64,000 nucleotides of DNA. Origin: Candidatus Heimdallarchaeota archaeon (GTDB lineage: Archaea; Asgardarchaeota; Heimdallarchaeia; Heimdallarchaeales; Heimdallarchaeaceae). Position numbers and translations under genes: made by a program. How positions within the stretch are numbered: position 1 is the first letter of the stretch; every line of letters begins with the position of its first letter. Below, in pieces: positions 50,494 to 60,538 of this stretch. Where the stretch lies: assembly GCA_030603365.1 (NCBI GenBank), contig JAUVXV010000011.1, forward strand, positions 32,001 to 96,000, written 5' to 3'. The notes below the pieces were generated by a model. That model searched no databases. It saw only the letters and a list, made by a program, of their open reading frames with translations, and had not been told where the DNA came from.

Positions 50494-51798
50494 TTAGTCC
50501 TTCTTCAAGTCTTCAGGTTTTACACTTGTTTCAGCTAGAATTTTTTCTTCTACTAGCAAAGCTAATTCAGGCTCTACACTCTTCTTATCGTGAAAAACTA
50601 GCTTAAGAAGTAGCGGTGCCATAATGACTGTCACAAAAACAAGCATGATTGCCATAGTGTAAATGTTTGAATCAAATATACCACGTTGAACACCAATTCC
50701 TGCTATTACAAGTACAATTTCAGCTCTTGGAGACGTTCCTACAGCAATTTTTAATGCAGATTTATTGCCGAAACCCATGATTCTTGAACCTGCAAAAGTC
50801 CCAATACCTTTAGAAAGTATTGCTAGAAGAATAATTAGTACCATAATAAAAGAGATTCCTCCAGAACTAAAATCAAAATTGCTTCCTACTGAAAAGAAGA
50901 ACAACGGAATGAATATCCCTTCTCCGAATTTGATTATGGGTTCTTTGATTTCTCCTATAATTAACTTATTTTGCTGCAGAGATAAGCCCAAAAGAAACGC
51001 CATAACAACTCCAGAGAAATGAAGGGCTTCTGCAAAATAATCAATCAAAACTAATAAACCAAAAACTATTCCTAAGGCAAAATAAGGCGTTTTTGCAGAA
51101 GAGAAAATATTGTAATTGTTTTCAAGAAATTTTAGAATTCTCGGTAAGATGAACATAATAACAATTATAAACAATGCTAAATATCCCAGATCTTTTAATA
51201 GAGTAATAATCCAGTTCCCTTCTTCCGGTGCAAAAAGAGCACCAGAAAGAACTAATACAAGGATTAAGGCAATAAAATCATCAAATACAGCAACAGAAAG
51301 CGTAGTCTGCCCCTCTTTTGACCCTAATTTACCTAAGGAATTTAAAGTTCTAACTGTTACACCTATACTAGTAGCTGTGAAAAGAGTACCGAAGAAAATT
51401 GCAAAAAGAATATCTTTCTTAATTAGGAAATAACCGGTTAATATTCCTCCAATCAATGCAATGGAAACCTCAATAAGTGAAATGAATAAACTATTTTTTC
51501 CAATTTTCCTTAAATCTCCGATGTTTATCTCCAAACCAACAATAAACAATAAAAGAAGAATGCCAATTTGTGAAAATTGCTCTAAAATCTCACCGTCCAT
51601 AAATGTGCTTAATACTTCACTTCCCTTATCGCCAAATAATAGGAATATAGGCCCACCAATGAGAACTCCAGCAAGTAGTTCACCTAGAATGGATGAAAGT
51701 TTTAACCTTTCGAATATTTCTCCTAAAATTCGTGCACTAAGAAGTCCGATTCCAATAAACAACAGTATGCGCAGAACTTGATCACTCATCTTCTCCAC
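50494..51798 (-). CDS. Cation:proton antiporter (CPA2/NapA-like)
   Basis: GELLAGVLIG, ATSIGVT, AVFDD and PRAE motifs. Confidence 0.9.
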   Translation of the reverse strand: MEKMSDQVLRILLFIGIGLLSARILGEIFERLKLSSILGELLAGVLIGGPIFLLFGDKGSEVLSTFMDGEILEQFSQIGILLLLFIVGLEINIGDLRKIGKNSLFISLIEVSIALIGGILTGYFLIKKDILFAIFFGTLFTATSIGVTVRTLNSLGKLGSKEGQTTLSVAVFDDFIALILVLVLSGALFAPEEGNWIITLLKDLGYLALFIIVIMFILPRILKFLENNYNIFSSAKTPYFALGIVFGLLVLIDYFAEALHFSGVVMAFLLGLSLQQNKLIIGEIKEPIIKFGEGIFIPLFFFSVGSNFDFSSGGISFIMVLIILLAILSKGIGTFAGSRIMGFGNKSALKIAVGTSPRAEIVLVIAGIGVQRGIFDSNIYTMAIMLVFVTVIMAPLLLKLVFHDKKSVEPELALLVEEKILAETSVKPEDLKKD

Positions 51799-52300
51799 GC
51801 TCGAGTTCTAAGATGAGCATTTTAGAATCAATACTAGTTTCCTTCCATATGTTTCGTACAGAAAGAATTATATCATTTATTGAGATTAGACCTTCAACAG
51901 GGTCATCTTTTGTCTTAGCTCTTGGCAAGACAGTAGATTCATATTTTGTCATACATTCAGTAACACGGGAGATTTTGTCGTCATCTACGATAATAGGCAA
52001 GTTTTGATTAGCTAAATCTCTAGCTGTAGTACTGGAAAAAGCCTTTGCTTTTGAAAGAACATTAGATATATCTGTATGAAATGTCGAAAATAGTACTACA
52101 AGGTCTTTTGGAGATATTAGTCCATAATATTTGCCTTCCTCATCTACAACTATCAGAGTTTTTGAATCCTGATGGAAAGATTCATCCAGAATAAAAAAAC
52201 AAGCAGTTGTTTCAACAATTGAAGGAACTTTGAGTATTGAAAAGTCTCCAGCTTTCATTTCTTTAATTTTGGAGATGAAAATATCAAATAAGGTTTCCAT
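51782..52300 (-). CDS. CBS-domain protein, coupled to the antiporter
   Basis: VVDEEGKYYGLISPKDL, GLISINDI. Confidence 0.8.
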   Translation of the reverse strand: METLFDIFISKIKEMKAGDFSILKVPSIVETTACFFILDESFHQDSKTLIVVDEEGKYYGLISPKDLVVLFSTFHTDISNVLSKAKAFSSTTARDLANQNLPIIVDDDKISRVTECMTKYESTVLPRAKTKDDPVEGLISINDIILSVRNIWKETSIDSKMLILELERGEDE

Positions 52301-52581
52301 ATAAAAGATTAGTTGGTAAAGAATAAATAAAGCTTACGTAACTTTAATCTAGCGTATAAAAAGATAAATAACTCTAAGTTATAGAACTATGTTTTAGTAG
52401 CAGCAACAGATTTCTCTGCTTTTAATGAGAGTACAGTTGCTTTTGGAGATGATTTGTATTCAGTAGTTATACTATTAGTTTTAGTAATTGTGTTACGAAC
52501 ACTGATACTTTAGAGATTTGTTTCCAGAACTCCAAAAAGTAAACAAAAATAAATAGAATTAGTAGAAAAAAAAGAGAAAAA

Positions 52582-53001
52582 TTAATCCTCTTCTTTCTTT
52601 ATTAGATAACGATCAGAAAAATGTTGGATGAGTTTTCTTGCTGCTTGATAATCTAGGTTCAGTTTATCCCCCCACATTGATTTAGCTCTTTCTAGTTTTC
52701 CCATCAACAACCCTAATTTCAATCCAGTAACTGTATTTCTAGTGAATAATTCATTTCCTCTGAAGTTGACTACACCATATTCTTGCATGACTTTTCCAAA
52801 TTGTTGGCATATCTGATTATATTCTTCAGTTGTTTCGTCTACAGATTGATCAAAATTCTTTATCTTCTTTATACCTACAAAATCTATCAATGATAGATAA
52901 GGATAGAAACTAATTAACTGGGTTACAAAATCATCTAAATCTAGAAAACTTTCAGCAATTTGATCAGGAATCCACACATTATACTTTGTTTTTTCGCTCA
53001 T
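52582..53001 (-). CDS. Hypothetical protein
   Basis: Third gene of a tight operon. Confidence 0.7.
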   Translation of the reverse strand: MSEKTKYNVWIPDQIAESFLDLDDFVTQLISFYPYLSLIDFVGIKKIKNFDQSVDETTEEYNQICQQFGKVMQEYGVVNFRGNELFTRNTVTGLKLGLLMGKLERAKSMWGDKLNLDYQAARKLIQHFSDRYLIKKEED

Positions 53002-53009
53002 ATAAGCAC

Positions 53010-53360
53010 CTACAGTTTATTTAAAGACTCAAGAGCTTTTCCTAGTTCTACAATAGCCAGGTAATCATCTTCATACTCTAGAAGCATTTCAGTTTGGATC
53101 TTTATTTTCTTTTTTGTTTCAATCAGATCATCAGATTTCTGTCGAATTCTATCTTCCAGTAATTTAAAATTAAGCATTGCCAATATTGAATGCCATGATT
53201 CTAGTGTAATCATTTCTGTAGATTCATCTAAGAATTGCTCAATTTTATTGACAATTGTATCTGGATGACTGTCTAGCTTTTTTGCTAATTGAATGACCTT
53301 TCGCTTCTGATTATAATTAAGCTCATATTTCACATATTTTTTCTTCTTTGAAAATACCAT
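53010..53360 (-). CDS. Hypothetical coiled-coil protein
   Basis: Operon member. Confidence 0.7.
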   Translation of the reverse strand: MVFSKKKKYVKYELNYNQKRKVIQLAKKLDSHPDTIVNKIEQFLDESTEMITLESWHSILAMLNFKLLEDRIRQKSDDLIETKKKIKIQTEMLLEYEDDYLAIVELGKALESLNKL

Positions 53361-53362
53361 AG

Positions 53363-53878
53363 TTATCCCTTTTTACCTAACCAATTTTTTTCTATAACAT
53401 AAGTATCAACTGCTGATAGTGTCATAACTTCTATAGTCTTAGCAATCGTCACATCATCATTGAAGTCAGGATCCAAACCTGCTACACCACTTACATGGAC
53501 TATCTTGTAGATTGCGAGAGAAGATCCTTCGTTAAAGTCTATTGTACGCTCTAATATCGCTTCAAATGAGATGACCGAATTAACATAAATAGGAGCATTA
53601 ATCTTCACTCCTTTTTGTAAATTGTTCTTATCTAATTGCTCTTTGGAGTAAGCAGCTATAAGTATAGAATCCTCTCCTCTCCTTAAGAGGTTGAAGCTTA
53701 TTTCATTTGGAGCTGAAACTGAACAAATATCCACTATAAGCTTAGCTTCTTTCAGTGCAAAATAATTTGTTATAACATGGAGATTATGTGCTTCTAAATT
53801 CCCACTAATTCCAAGCATTGGACTTATAGAAACTAAATATCTTGATAGCTCAGGAGATAGTTCAAGTCTATCAAACAT
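53363..53878 (-). CDS. Hypothetical protein, possibly flavin-reductase-like barrel
   Basis: APIY..SVISFEAIL..ID..EGSSLAIYKIV resembles the flavin reductase C-terminal pattern. Confidence 0.5.
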   Translation of the reverse strand: MFDRLELSPELSRYLVSISPMLGISGNLEAHNLHVITNYFALKEAKLIVDICSVSAPNEISFNLLRRGEDSILIAAYSKEQLDKNNLQKGVKINAPIYVNSVISFEAILERTIDFNEGSSLAIYKIVHVSGVAGLDPDFNDDVTIAKTIEVMTLSAVDTYVIEKNWLGKKG

Positions 53879-53945
53879 AAGTCATAGAGAAAACATCCAT
53901 TTAAGAAAGTTACTCATCGGTTGTTTTCTTTGGTCTTACTTACGA

Positions 53946-54422
53946 ATGAGTTATATGTCTTGTTACGCAATGATATTTATGGAAGAACTTTCTTTTAAGC
54001 AGTTTATTGAAAAATCTTCTAACGTTCTAGAGAAGTATCGTGCAAATATTGCAAGATTAGGTAAACTAAGAGAACAAATGGAAAAGCAGTTTTTCTCTCC
54101 AGCTGAAATGGTTGAACACTTCTATGCAAATAAGAGTGAGTATTTTGCTTGGCAAGAATTTCAAGACTCGATAATAAATTTAGAGGAAGCATATAATGAA
54201 CTTGTGGGGAATATGATGGATGCAAATGGTGATCCTGAAGCTTATCAATATTTCCTTAGAGATAAAAGAATCCCTGTTCTAGTCTATCCTGAAAGTGATT
54301 CAGAAGATTCCGATGAGGACGAATTATTTGATGAAGAAACAGTTGATCGAATAGCTCAAGAAATCGTGGATGAACTTGCGGGTGAAACAGAGAAACAAGA
54401 AGATCAAAAAGCAAAGAAGTAG
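53946..54422 (+). CDS. Hypothetical acidic protein
   Basis: 158-aa ORF. Confidence 0.65.
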   Translation: MSYMSCYAMIFMEELSFKQFIEKSSNVLEKYRANIARLGKLREQMEKQFFSPAEMVEHFYANKSEYFAWQEFQDSIINLEEAYNELVGNMMDANGDPEAYQYFLRDKRIPVLVYPESDSEDSDEDELFDEETVDRIAQEIVDELAGETEKQEDQKAKK

Positions 54423-54423
54423 A

Positions 54424-54975
54424 TTATTCTTCTTTCAACAAATTTAGGAAGTTGGATAAAATCTGTTGAGTTAACCCCCATATTTTGTATTTTCCCACTC
54501 GATAATATTTACGAACTCCGCCCTTGTAAAAGCCAGTTTCTAATGTACTGGGCTCTAGTAAATGTGATAAATCAGCTTGAAAATATTCTTGAACTTCAAG
54601 AGGATTGATCTTAATAGTAGGGTTTCCCTTGATAAATCCAACAAAAGGGTACACATAATGATGGCTTGTTGAAATTATAGGTTTAAGTCGTCCTTTTAAT
54701 TCAATAAATTCACTACTTATACCTATTTCTTCTTCTGTTTCCCTTAGAACTGTTTCAGAGAGACTAATATCTGATTCATCATGTCTTCCTCCAGGGAAAG
54801 CGATTTGTCCTTGGTGATGCTTCAGATTTTCTGTTCTTTTTGTAAATAAGATTTTATTATTGCTTTGAAAAATCGGAATTAGAACTGCTGCAAGTTTAAG
54901 ATGAGGTTTATGTGAAACTGGATTTTCTAGAGGCTCTAAAACATTCTCCAATTTACTCAGCAGTTCCATAATCAT
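54424..54975 (-). CDS. CoA pyrophosphatase (Nudix, NudL-like)
   Basis: LFTKR..L.HH.GQIAFPGG, LRETEEEIG and IWGLT motifs. Confidence 0.9.
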   Translation of the reverse strand: MIMELLSKLENVLEPLENPVSHKPHLKLAAVLIPIFQSNNKILFTKRTENLKHHQGQIAFPGGRHDESDISLSETVLRETEEEIGISSEFIELKGRLKPIISTSHHYVYPFVGFIKGNPTIKINPLEVQEYFQADLSHLLEPSTLETGFYKGGVRKYYRVGKYKIWGLTQQILSNFLNLLKEE

Positions 54976-55040
54976 ACAAAAAACGATTGCTATTTCAATT
55001 CTTCGAAAGTGACTTTTCAGCAGAAAGAAAATTTGAACTC

Positions 55041-55610
55041 CTAATCATTGTTTTCTTCATCTGGATCATATTCTAAAGAAAATGTACTTTCTATCCATCC
55101 ATGCATATCCTTTTCTTCCATTGATTTAGGTCTTGCACCTTCATCTGGATTCTTCTCTCTTTTCTTCTTCATTTTAGGAGAAAGATCTTTCTCAGAGATA
55201 AATTTTCCATTCTCAAATTTTAATTCAAAAACAGTTTCATAAGCAGATGTTCTCTGAAAACCCATATGGATATACATACTATCAATAAAGTCCTTAGCGA
55301 TAATAATTTTACCTGAAAAGTCGAGTTTGAGATTAAGATCCTGATAATGAAGTCTTAGACTCTCCTTTCTTACAACAGGTTTTACAGCGTTTATTTCTAT
55401 TTCTTGCTCATCATTAACTTCCATATCTACAAGAGTTAGATAGTCATTTGTAATTGTAAAGTAAAGAACATAACCCCTCCAACATGCAGTATGTGGTGAG
55501 CGTGGAACTAATCCATAATCTAATGGCGAAAAAAGCTCTCCCTTAGAAATTCCAGAAACAGAATATACTTCACCTTTATAGAGAAATGAATCAGATATTT
55601 GACCAGTCAT
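55041..55610 (-). CDS. Conserved hypothetical protein
   Basis: MTGQISD, TACWRGY and YIHMGF motifs. Confidence 0.75.
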   Translation of the reverse strand: MTGQISDSFLYKGEVYSVSGISKGELFSPLDYGLVPRSPHTACWRGYVLYFTITNDYLTLVDMEVNDEQEIEINAVKPVVRKESLRLHYQDLNLKLDFSGKIIIAKDFIDSMYIHMGFQRTSAYETVFELKFENGKFISEKDLSPKMKKKREKNPDEGARPKSMEEKDMHGWIESTFSLEYDPDEENND

Positions 55611-55667
55611 TAAAAATAATAAACAATAAAATAATAAAAAAGTGTTGTTAAATTAAAAGAAGAAAAA

Positions 55668-56297
55668 CTAGAATGTGGCTTTGATTTCCTCATCAAGTTT
55701 TTTGACTTTCTCTTCTACACCCTCAATTAAGCCTTCAAGTTCCGCATGCATCTTCTCGGCATATTCTGCATCTTTATTCTTGATCCAACCGAGATTGATT
55801 TCTACATTATGCATAGCACTTTTTAGACCAGTTAAAGCACAAAGAGCACCAACACCGATATCAGAAAGAGCTTGTTTGTTACCTTTGGTTCCCATCTCAA
55901 GATGTAGTTCAATCACTTTTCTACAGTCTTTAACTGTTTCAAGGGGAACTTCAGCAGCAACTTTGTATTCAGCTAAGATTTTTGCTGAACGAGCAGCTTT
56001 TTCTTCTTCAGTGTCTTTTGGCATTCCAAACGCCTTGATTACACCACTAAAGGCATTAGCATCTTTATCAGTAAGTTCGGTTAATTTGATTCGAAGTGCT
56101 TCTGTTTTTTCTAGTTTTGCTTTAAAGAATTCTTCTACATCTTCATAGCCTTGTTTACCAATAGTTAATCGAGCAACCATACTACCAAGGGCAGCTCCCA
56201 TAGCTCCAGCTATACAAGCTGCAGATCCACCACCTGGTGCAGGAGCATCACTAGCTAGTTCATCTAAAAATTCTGTTATTACTTTCTCAATAAGCAT
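55668..56297 (-). CDS. Formiminotetrahydrofolate cyclodeaminase/cyclohydrolase
   Basis: FLDELAS..PAPGGGS, GN..ALSD, NVEINL. Confidence 0.92.
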   Translation of the reverse strand: MLIEKVITEFLDELASDAPAPGGGSAACIAGAMGAALGSMVARLTIGKQGYEDVEEFFKAKLEKTEALRIKLTELTDKDANAFSGVIKAFGMPKDTEEEKAARSAKILAEYKVAAEVPLETVKDCRKVIELHLEMGTKGNKQALSDIGVGALCALTGLKSAMHNVEINLGWIKNKDAEYAEKMHAELEGLIEGVEEKVKKLDEEIKATF

Positions 56298-56298
56298 T

Positions 56299-57219
56299 TT
56301 ACTCATCTTGTTCATCTTCTGTAAAAATTCTTTTTTCTATAATCTGATTTCTGTCAAAATTGTTCAATTGTAAAGAGCTTTCAGCAGCATCAAGGAGTGC
56401 ATCTAAAGGTAGCATACCATAGATTTCTGACTCAGTTACTGCAACTCCGTATCGCTCAGCTTCTCTTTTAACCATATCAAAAACTCTGTGTAAAGGAGTA
56501 CCTGTATAATTAGTCACATTCATCGATACCTGAACTACTCCTCGTTCCTCAATATTCATAGCACCTGCTTGAATATATCTCAAACCACCACCTGAGTGTC
56601 TTATGTTTCGAGCAATTGCTTTGGCAATATCCATGTCGTTAGTATCAAGATAAATGTTGTACGCAATTAAGAAGTTTCTCGCTCCGATATTTATTGCACC
56701 AGCTGTTTCATGGGTTTGTCTTTTACCAAAATCTGGTATATAATCATCGTTTGTAGCTATCTCTTCCTTCAATTGTTCATACTGGAAAGATTTTGTTCTG
56801 TAATTCTGAAGAACTGCTCTATTGGGATTTTCTGTAGCATCACCATACAAATAAACTGGGATTTTCAAATCTTTTGCTATTTTTGCACCAAGTTTCTGTG
56901 CAAGTTTTGCACACTCTTCTAGAGTATAGTCAGAAACAGGTATGAATGGAATAACATCTGTAGAACCAAAACGATTGTGCTCTCCTTCATGTTCATTCAT
57001 ATCTATTAATTCAGTAGCTTTTATACATCCTGCAAAAGCAGCTTTATAGCATTCGTTGGGTTCGCCAATAAATGTAATTACGGCTCGGTTATGATCAGGG
57101 TCCATTCTACTATCTAAGAGAGTAATCTTACCTGCTTTCTTAATAGATTCAAGAATTTGATCAATAACCTCTTGCCTTCTACCTTCTGAAAAGTTAGGAA
57201 CACATTCAACTAAAGGCAT
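56299..57219 (-). CDS. ftcD: Glutamate formiminotransferase
   Basis: LVECVPNFSEGR, DHNR, DVIPF, GAR..LIAYN and QVSMN motifs. Confidence 0.95.
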   Translation of the reverse strand: MPLVECVPNFSEGRRQEVIDQILESIKKAGKITLLDSRMDPDHNRAVITFIGEPNECYKAAFAGCIKATELIDMNEHEGEHNRFGSTDVIPFIPVSDYTLEECAKLAQKLGAKIAKDLKIPVYLYGDATENPNRAVLQNYRTKSFQYEQLKEEIATNDDYIPDFGKRQTHETAGAINIGARNFLIAYNIYLDTNDMDIAKAIARNIRHSGGGLRYIQAGAMNIEERGVVQVSMNVTNYTGTPLHRVFDMVKREAERYGVAVTESEIYGMLPLDALLDAAESSLQLNNFDRNQIIEKRIFTEDEQDE

Positions 57220-57311
57220 ATTTTCACCTTGTGTTAGCAACAATAAAATGAATATATATATCTTAGCATGAAGCTTTGAATCATTTAAAAAGAATGAAAA
57301 GAAGGGGTAAG

Positions 57312-58616
57312 TTAGAGATTTTTGATAATTTCTCTGAGAAGATTCATTCCTTCATCGATTTCTTCTTTATTTACATTCAGATAAGGTCGAAATCGAATAG
57401 TCTTTTCACCACAACCAAGAAGCAGGAATTCTTTGTCATAAGCTTGAGTTAGTATTTTATCTCGCATTTCTGAAGAAGGTAAATCAAAAGCAATCATCAA
57501 ACCTAAACCACGAGCATTTGACACCTTATCAGGAAATTCTTCTTGTAGCTCGTAGGTTTGTTTAAGCATATACTCACCCCTTTTTGCTGCATTATCAACG
57601 AGCTTTTCTTTCTCTATAATTTCAAGATACTTATTTGCTCGAAACATATCTACAAGATTTCCACCAAAAGTACTATTAATTCTACTACTCTCCTCGAAGA
57701 CATTATTTTCTATTTCTTTTACTCTGTTTGAAGCTAGTATTCCACTGACTTGCAACTTTTTACCAAAACTGATTATGTCAGGATTAGCTTTTTCAAAGTG
57801 CTCAAATGCCCAAAATTTACCAGTCAATCCTACTCCTGTTTGAATTTCATCGTAAATTAAAAGAAAGTCATGCTTATCAGCCATTTCACGTAATTTTTGG
57901 AAGAATTGGGGACGAAGATGATTATCTCCACCTTCGGATTGTATGGGTTCGACTATCAAGCAAGCAATATCATCACCATACATGTCTATCGCATCATGTA
58001 TTTCTTGACAACTTTTTTCCTCAGCCATTACAATTTGTTCAAAATTATCTTCAATAGGGAAAGTAACTTTAGGGCTGGAGACTCGAGGCCATTTGAATTT
58101 TGGAAAATATTTTATCTTTCTAGAATCGAAGGTATTAGTTAAACTAAGAGTATAACCTGAACGTCCATGAAAAGCTTGCTCAAAATGAATTACCTTACTC
58201 CCAACTTCATCTTCAAAACCTTTCTTGAAATTATTCCTAACCTTCCAATCAAAAGATGCTTTAAGTGCATTTTCAACAGCAAGAGCTCCTCCACTAATTA
58301 AGAACAAGTTAGGGAGAAAATCAGGTATTCCAACTCGACCAAAAGTTTCAACAAAATCACCCATCTCGTCTGTATAAAAATCTGAACTGCTTGGTTTATT
58401 TACAGCTACAGATGCAAGTTGATTCAGAAATTCTTTCTCAAGCATATCTGGATGATTAAACCCAACTGGAGATGAAGCAAAGAACGAAAAGAAATCTAAG
58501 AATGATTTACCAGATTTCTTATCAACAAGTCTACATCCTTGACTTTTTTCTAAATCAACAATCATGTTAAAACCGTCAGCAAGCATATATTTTCCTATTT
58601 TCTCGATAGCATCCAT
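57312..58616 (-). CDS. lat: L-lysine 6-aminotransferase (class III PLP)
   Basis: LADG..VDLEKS.G, NKPS.SD, GALAVENALK..FDWK, FHGRSGYT.SLTNT and SRINSTFGG motifs. Confidence 0.9.
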   Translation of the reverse strand: MDAIEKIGKYMLADGFNMIVDLEKSQGCRLVDKKSGKSFLDFFSFFASSPVGFNHPDMLEKEFLNQLASVAVNKPSSSDFYTDEMGDFVETFGRVGIPDFLPNLFLISGGALAVENALKASFDWKVRNNFKKGFEDEVGSKVIHFEQAFHGRSGYTLSLTNTFDSRKIKYFPKFKWPRVSSPKVTFPIEDNFEQIVMAEEKSCQEIHDAIDMYGDDIACLIVEPIQSEGGDNHLRPQFFQKLREMADKHDFLLIYDEIQTGVGLTGKFWAFEHFEKANPDIISFGKKLQVSGILASNRVKEIENNVFEESSRINSTFGGNLVDMFRANKYLEIIEKEKLVDNAAKRGEYMLKQTYELQEEFPDKVSNARGLGLMIAFDLPSSEMRDKILTQAYDKEFLLLGCGEKTIRFRPYLNVNKEEIDEGMNLLREIIKNL

Positions 58617-58689
58617 TTACAGAACTCTCCTATGAGAGCATAAAAATTTGAATGTTTATAAATTGAACTGAATGACATCAAAAGGTGGT

Positions 58690-58792
58690 GGAAAATGCCG
58701 ATATGAAAGAGGAAATTTGAGTGGCTTATCAAACGGAGCGTTCGACCACTCATCCATCCTCTAGGGCAAGGGGTGCCTATCGGCAGTTACAC
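58690..58792 (-). ncRNA. Candidate structured RNA (riboswitch-like leader or sRNA) upstream of lat
   Basis: Nested helices 58696-58703/58778-58785, 58708-58713/58757-58762, 58718-58724/58746-58752 and 58765-58768/58774-58777; G-U wobbles favour the minus strand. Confidence 0.6.
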
Positions 58793-58803
58793 AATGATTT
58801 TTC

Positions 58804-58811
58804 TTTTTAAA
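58804..58811 (-). promoter_or_regulatory. TATA box candidate for the structured RNA
   Basis: TTTAAAAA about 20-25 bp upstream of helix P1. Confidence 0.4.
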
Positions 58812-58897
58812 TAGATTCTAATAGTTCTATCCGCAATTGTTAGAAACATTTTAGAAGTTCTTTTGGCAATTTTTTATACTTAAAAAGTTCTAAACGG

Positions 58898-59761
58898 ATG
58901 AGTACTATGCGAGAAATCAAAATGTATGTTGGTTGTACGGGTTTTAACTATGAAGATTGGAAAGCACAGCATGGTTCTTTTTACCCACCTAAAATTGACA
59001 GATTTGATTTACTTGAATTCTATTCTACACAATTCACTACTTGTGAGATTAATTCTACGTTCTATGCATTTCCAAAATTAGAAACTACTATTAGGTGGGC
59101 TAAATCACTTCCTGATGATTTTGTTCTAACCGCAAAAATACCCAAATCAATATGTCAAGCTGATCTTCTTTCAGGTGTTGAGAAACCTCTAAATGATTTC
59201 TTAAAAATTTTGCATCCTTTGAAGAAGAATTTAGGACCTCTAGTTATGCAACTTAAACCTAGTTTTGAAAAGAATGAAACAAATCTAGAACAAATTGTTG
59301 ATTTCATCGATTTTTTCCCTCATAATAACTATGAATTAATAATGGAGTTTAGACATTCAACTTGGTTCAATGAAGAAACATATGACTTACTCAATGAGAA
59401 GAAACTTGGAATCGTTAGTTCTTATCTTCCTTACATTAAATTTAATCTCTTTGAAGAAGTAAAAAAAGAGCATTTCTATCTAAGGCTGATAGGTTCTCAC
59501 CAACAACAAATTGGGTTAGGTAAGGAACTTAAAGACAGAACAAATTACATGGAAGAAACAGCTGATAATCTTCTACAAGCTTACCAAAACAATTCTAACA
59601 AATCAACAGGATATGTGTTTATCAACAATCATTTTTCAGGGTATGCACCACCAGCTGCTAGAAAATTCAAAGAAATGTTACAAGAAAGGGATATTTCGAT
59701 AGTTGAACCAGCAAACACTGTGTTTAAGGGACAGCAAAAACTAGCAGATTTCTTTGGTTAA
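58898..59761 (+). CDS. DUF72 family protein
   Basis: VGCTGFNY.DW, EINSTFY, EFRH.TW, YLRL.G and FINNH motifs. Confidence 0.9.
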   Translation: MSTMREIKMYVGCTGFNYEDWKAQHGSFYPPKIDRFDLLEFYSTQFTTCEINSTFYAFPKLETTIRWAKSLPDDFVLTAKIPKSICQADLLSGVEKPLNDFLKILHPLKKNLGPLVMQLKPSFEKNETNLEQIVDFIDFFPHNNYELIMEFRHSTWFNEETYDLLNEKKLGIVSSYLPYIKFNLFEEVKKEHFYLRLIGSHQQQIGLGKELKDRTNYMEETADNLLQAYQNNSNKSTGYVFINNHFSGYAPPAARKFKEMLQERDISIVEPANTVFKGQQKLADFFG

Positions 59762-59929
59762 GCTTGATAGCACTTTTTTTTAATATGTTTCTTAAAAAGT
59801 TAGATAGACACTCTTCATTATCCCTTTGTATATCTCTAAATTCAATGTCATTTTCTAAATAATATTTCTATATGCTAAAGTGTAAATTTGTTTTTGAAGT
59901 AATTTTATGACAAAAAAAAATGCTTGTTA

Positions 59930-60538
59930 TTATTCATTATGTGAATCCACAAGGATTTGAAATCCACAAAATGTGCAGAATTTATTTTGAACCAATTGTT
60001 TTGTTCCACATTTACTACAGAAGAAAAACCTTTGTTGTTTTAAGAAAGAATGGGTTGTAGTAGATGAACCATACTCTATTTCTCTCTTAAAAGGTTTAAC
60101 TTTGAATCCTCCTGTTATCGCTCCTCCTGCAATTATACTTGCCGGAAGAAGAAAGGTATACAAGAACCAAAGGATAATCACAATCCAACTCCAAACAATA
60201 TACCAAGTAGAATACCAACCCCAAATGATAGAATAGTAGATCATTAAAGCTAATCCTCCTCCAAATGTGACTATTGCGTTTGGTGCGATTATCATAACAA
60301 CATCTCCTTTCTGTCTAACAAATAATCCTGAAACTAAACCAGAAATGAGAAAGATAATTAGTCCAAGAATTGTGAAAAACCAAACCCAAACCCCTGCTTC
60401 ATAGCTAGTTGCATAGCTGAAAAACCAAACCATAGCAACAAAGTACGTACTAGAAATCGCTAGACCAATTATTATCCCCAAGAAAGGATAGAGAAAACTT
60501 TTGAAGGATTTTTCATTTTGTTCTGTTCTTCTATTCAT
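59930..60538 (-). CDS. Membrane protein with C-terminal zinc ribbon
   Basis: Four TM segments, FCSKCG..FCTFCG. Confidence 0.75.
   Translation of the reverse strand: MNRRTEQNEKSFKSFLYPFLGIIIGLAISSTYFVAMVWFFSYATSYEAGVWVWFFTILGLIIFLISGLVSGLFVRQKGDVVMIIAPNAIVTFGGGLALMIYYSIIWGWYSTWYIVWSWIVIILWFLYTFLLPASIIAGGAITGGFKVKPFKREIEYGSSTTTHSFLKQQRFFFCSKCGTKQLVQNKFCTFCGFQILVDSHNE

Noticed and set aside
58620-58792. Canonical lysine riboswitch, 5S rRNA, tRNA, SECIS or hammerhead
   Set aside because: Lacks loop-E and five-way junction, 5S conserved boxes, cloverleaf, GA quartet and CUGANGA/GAAA cores.
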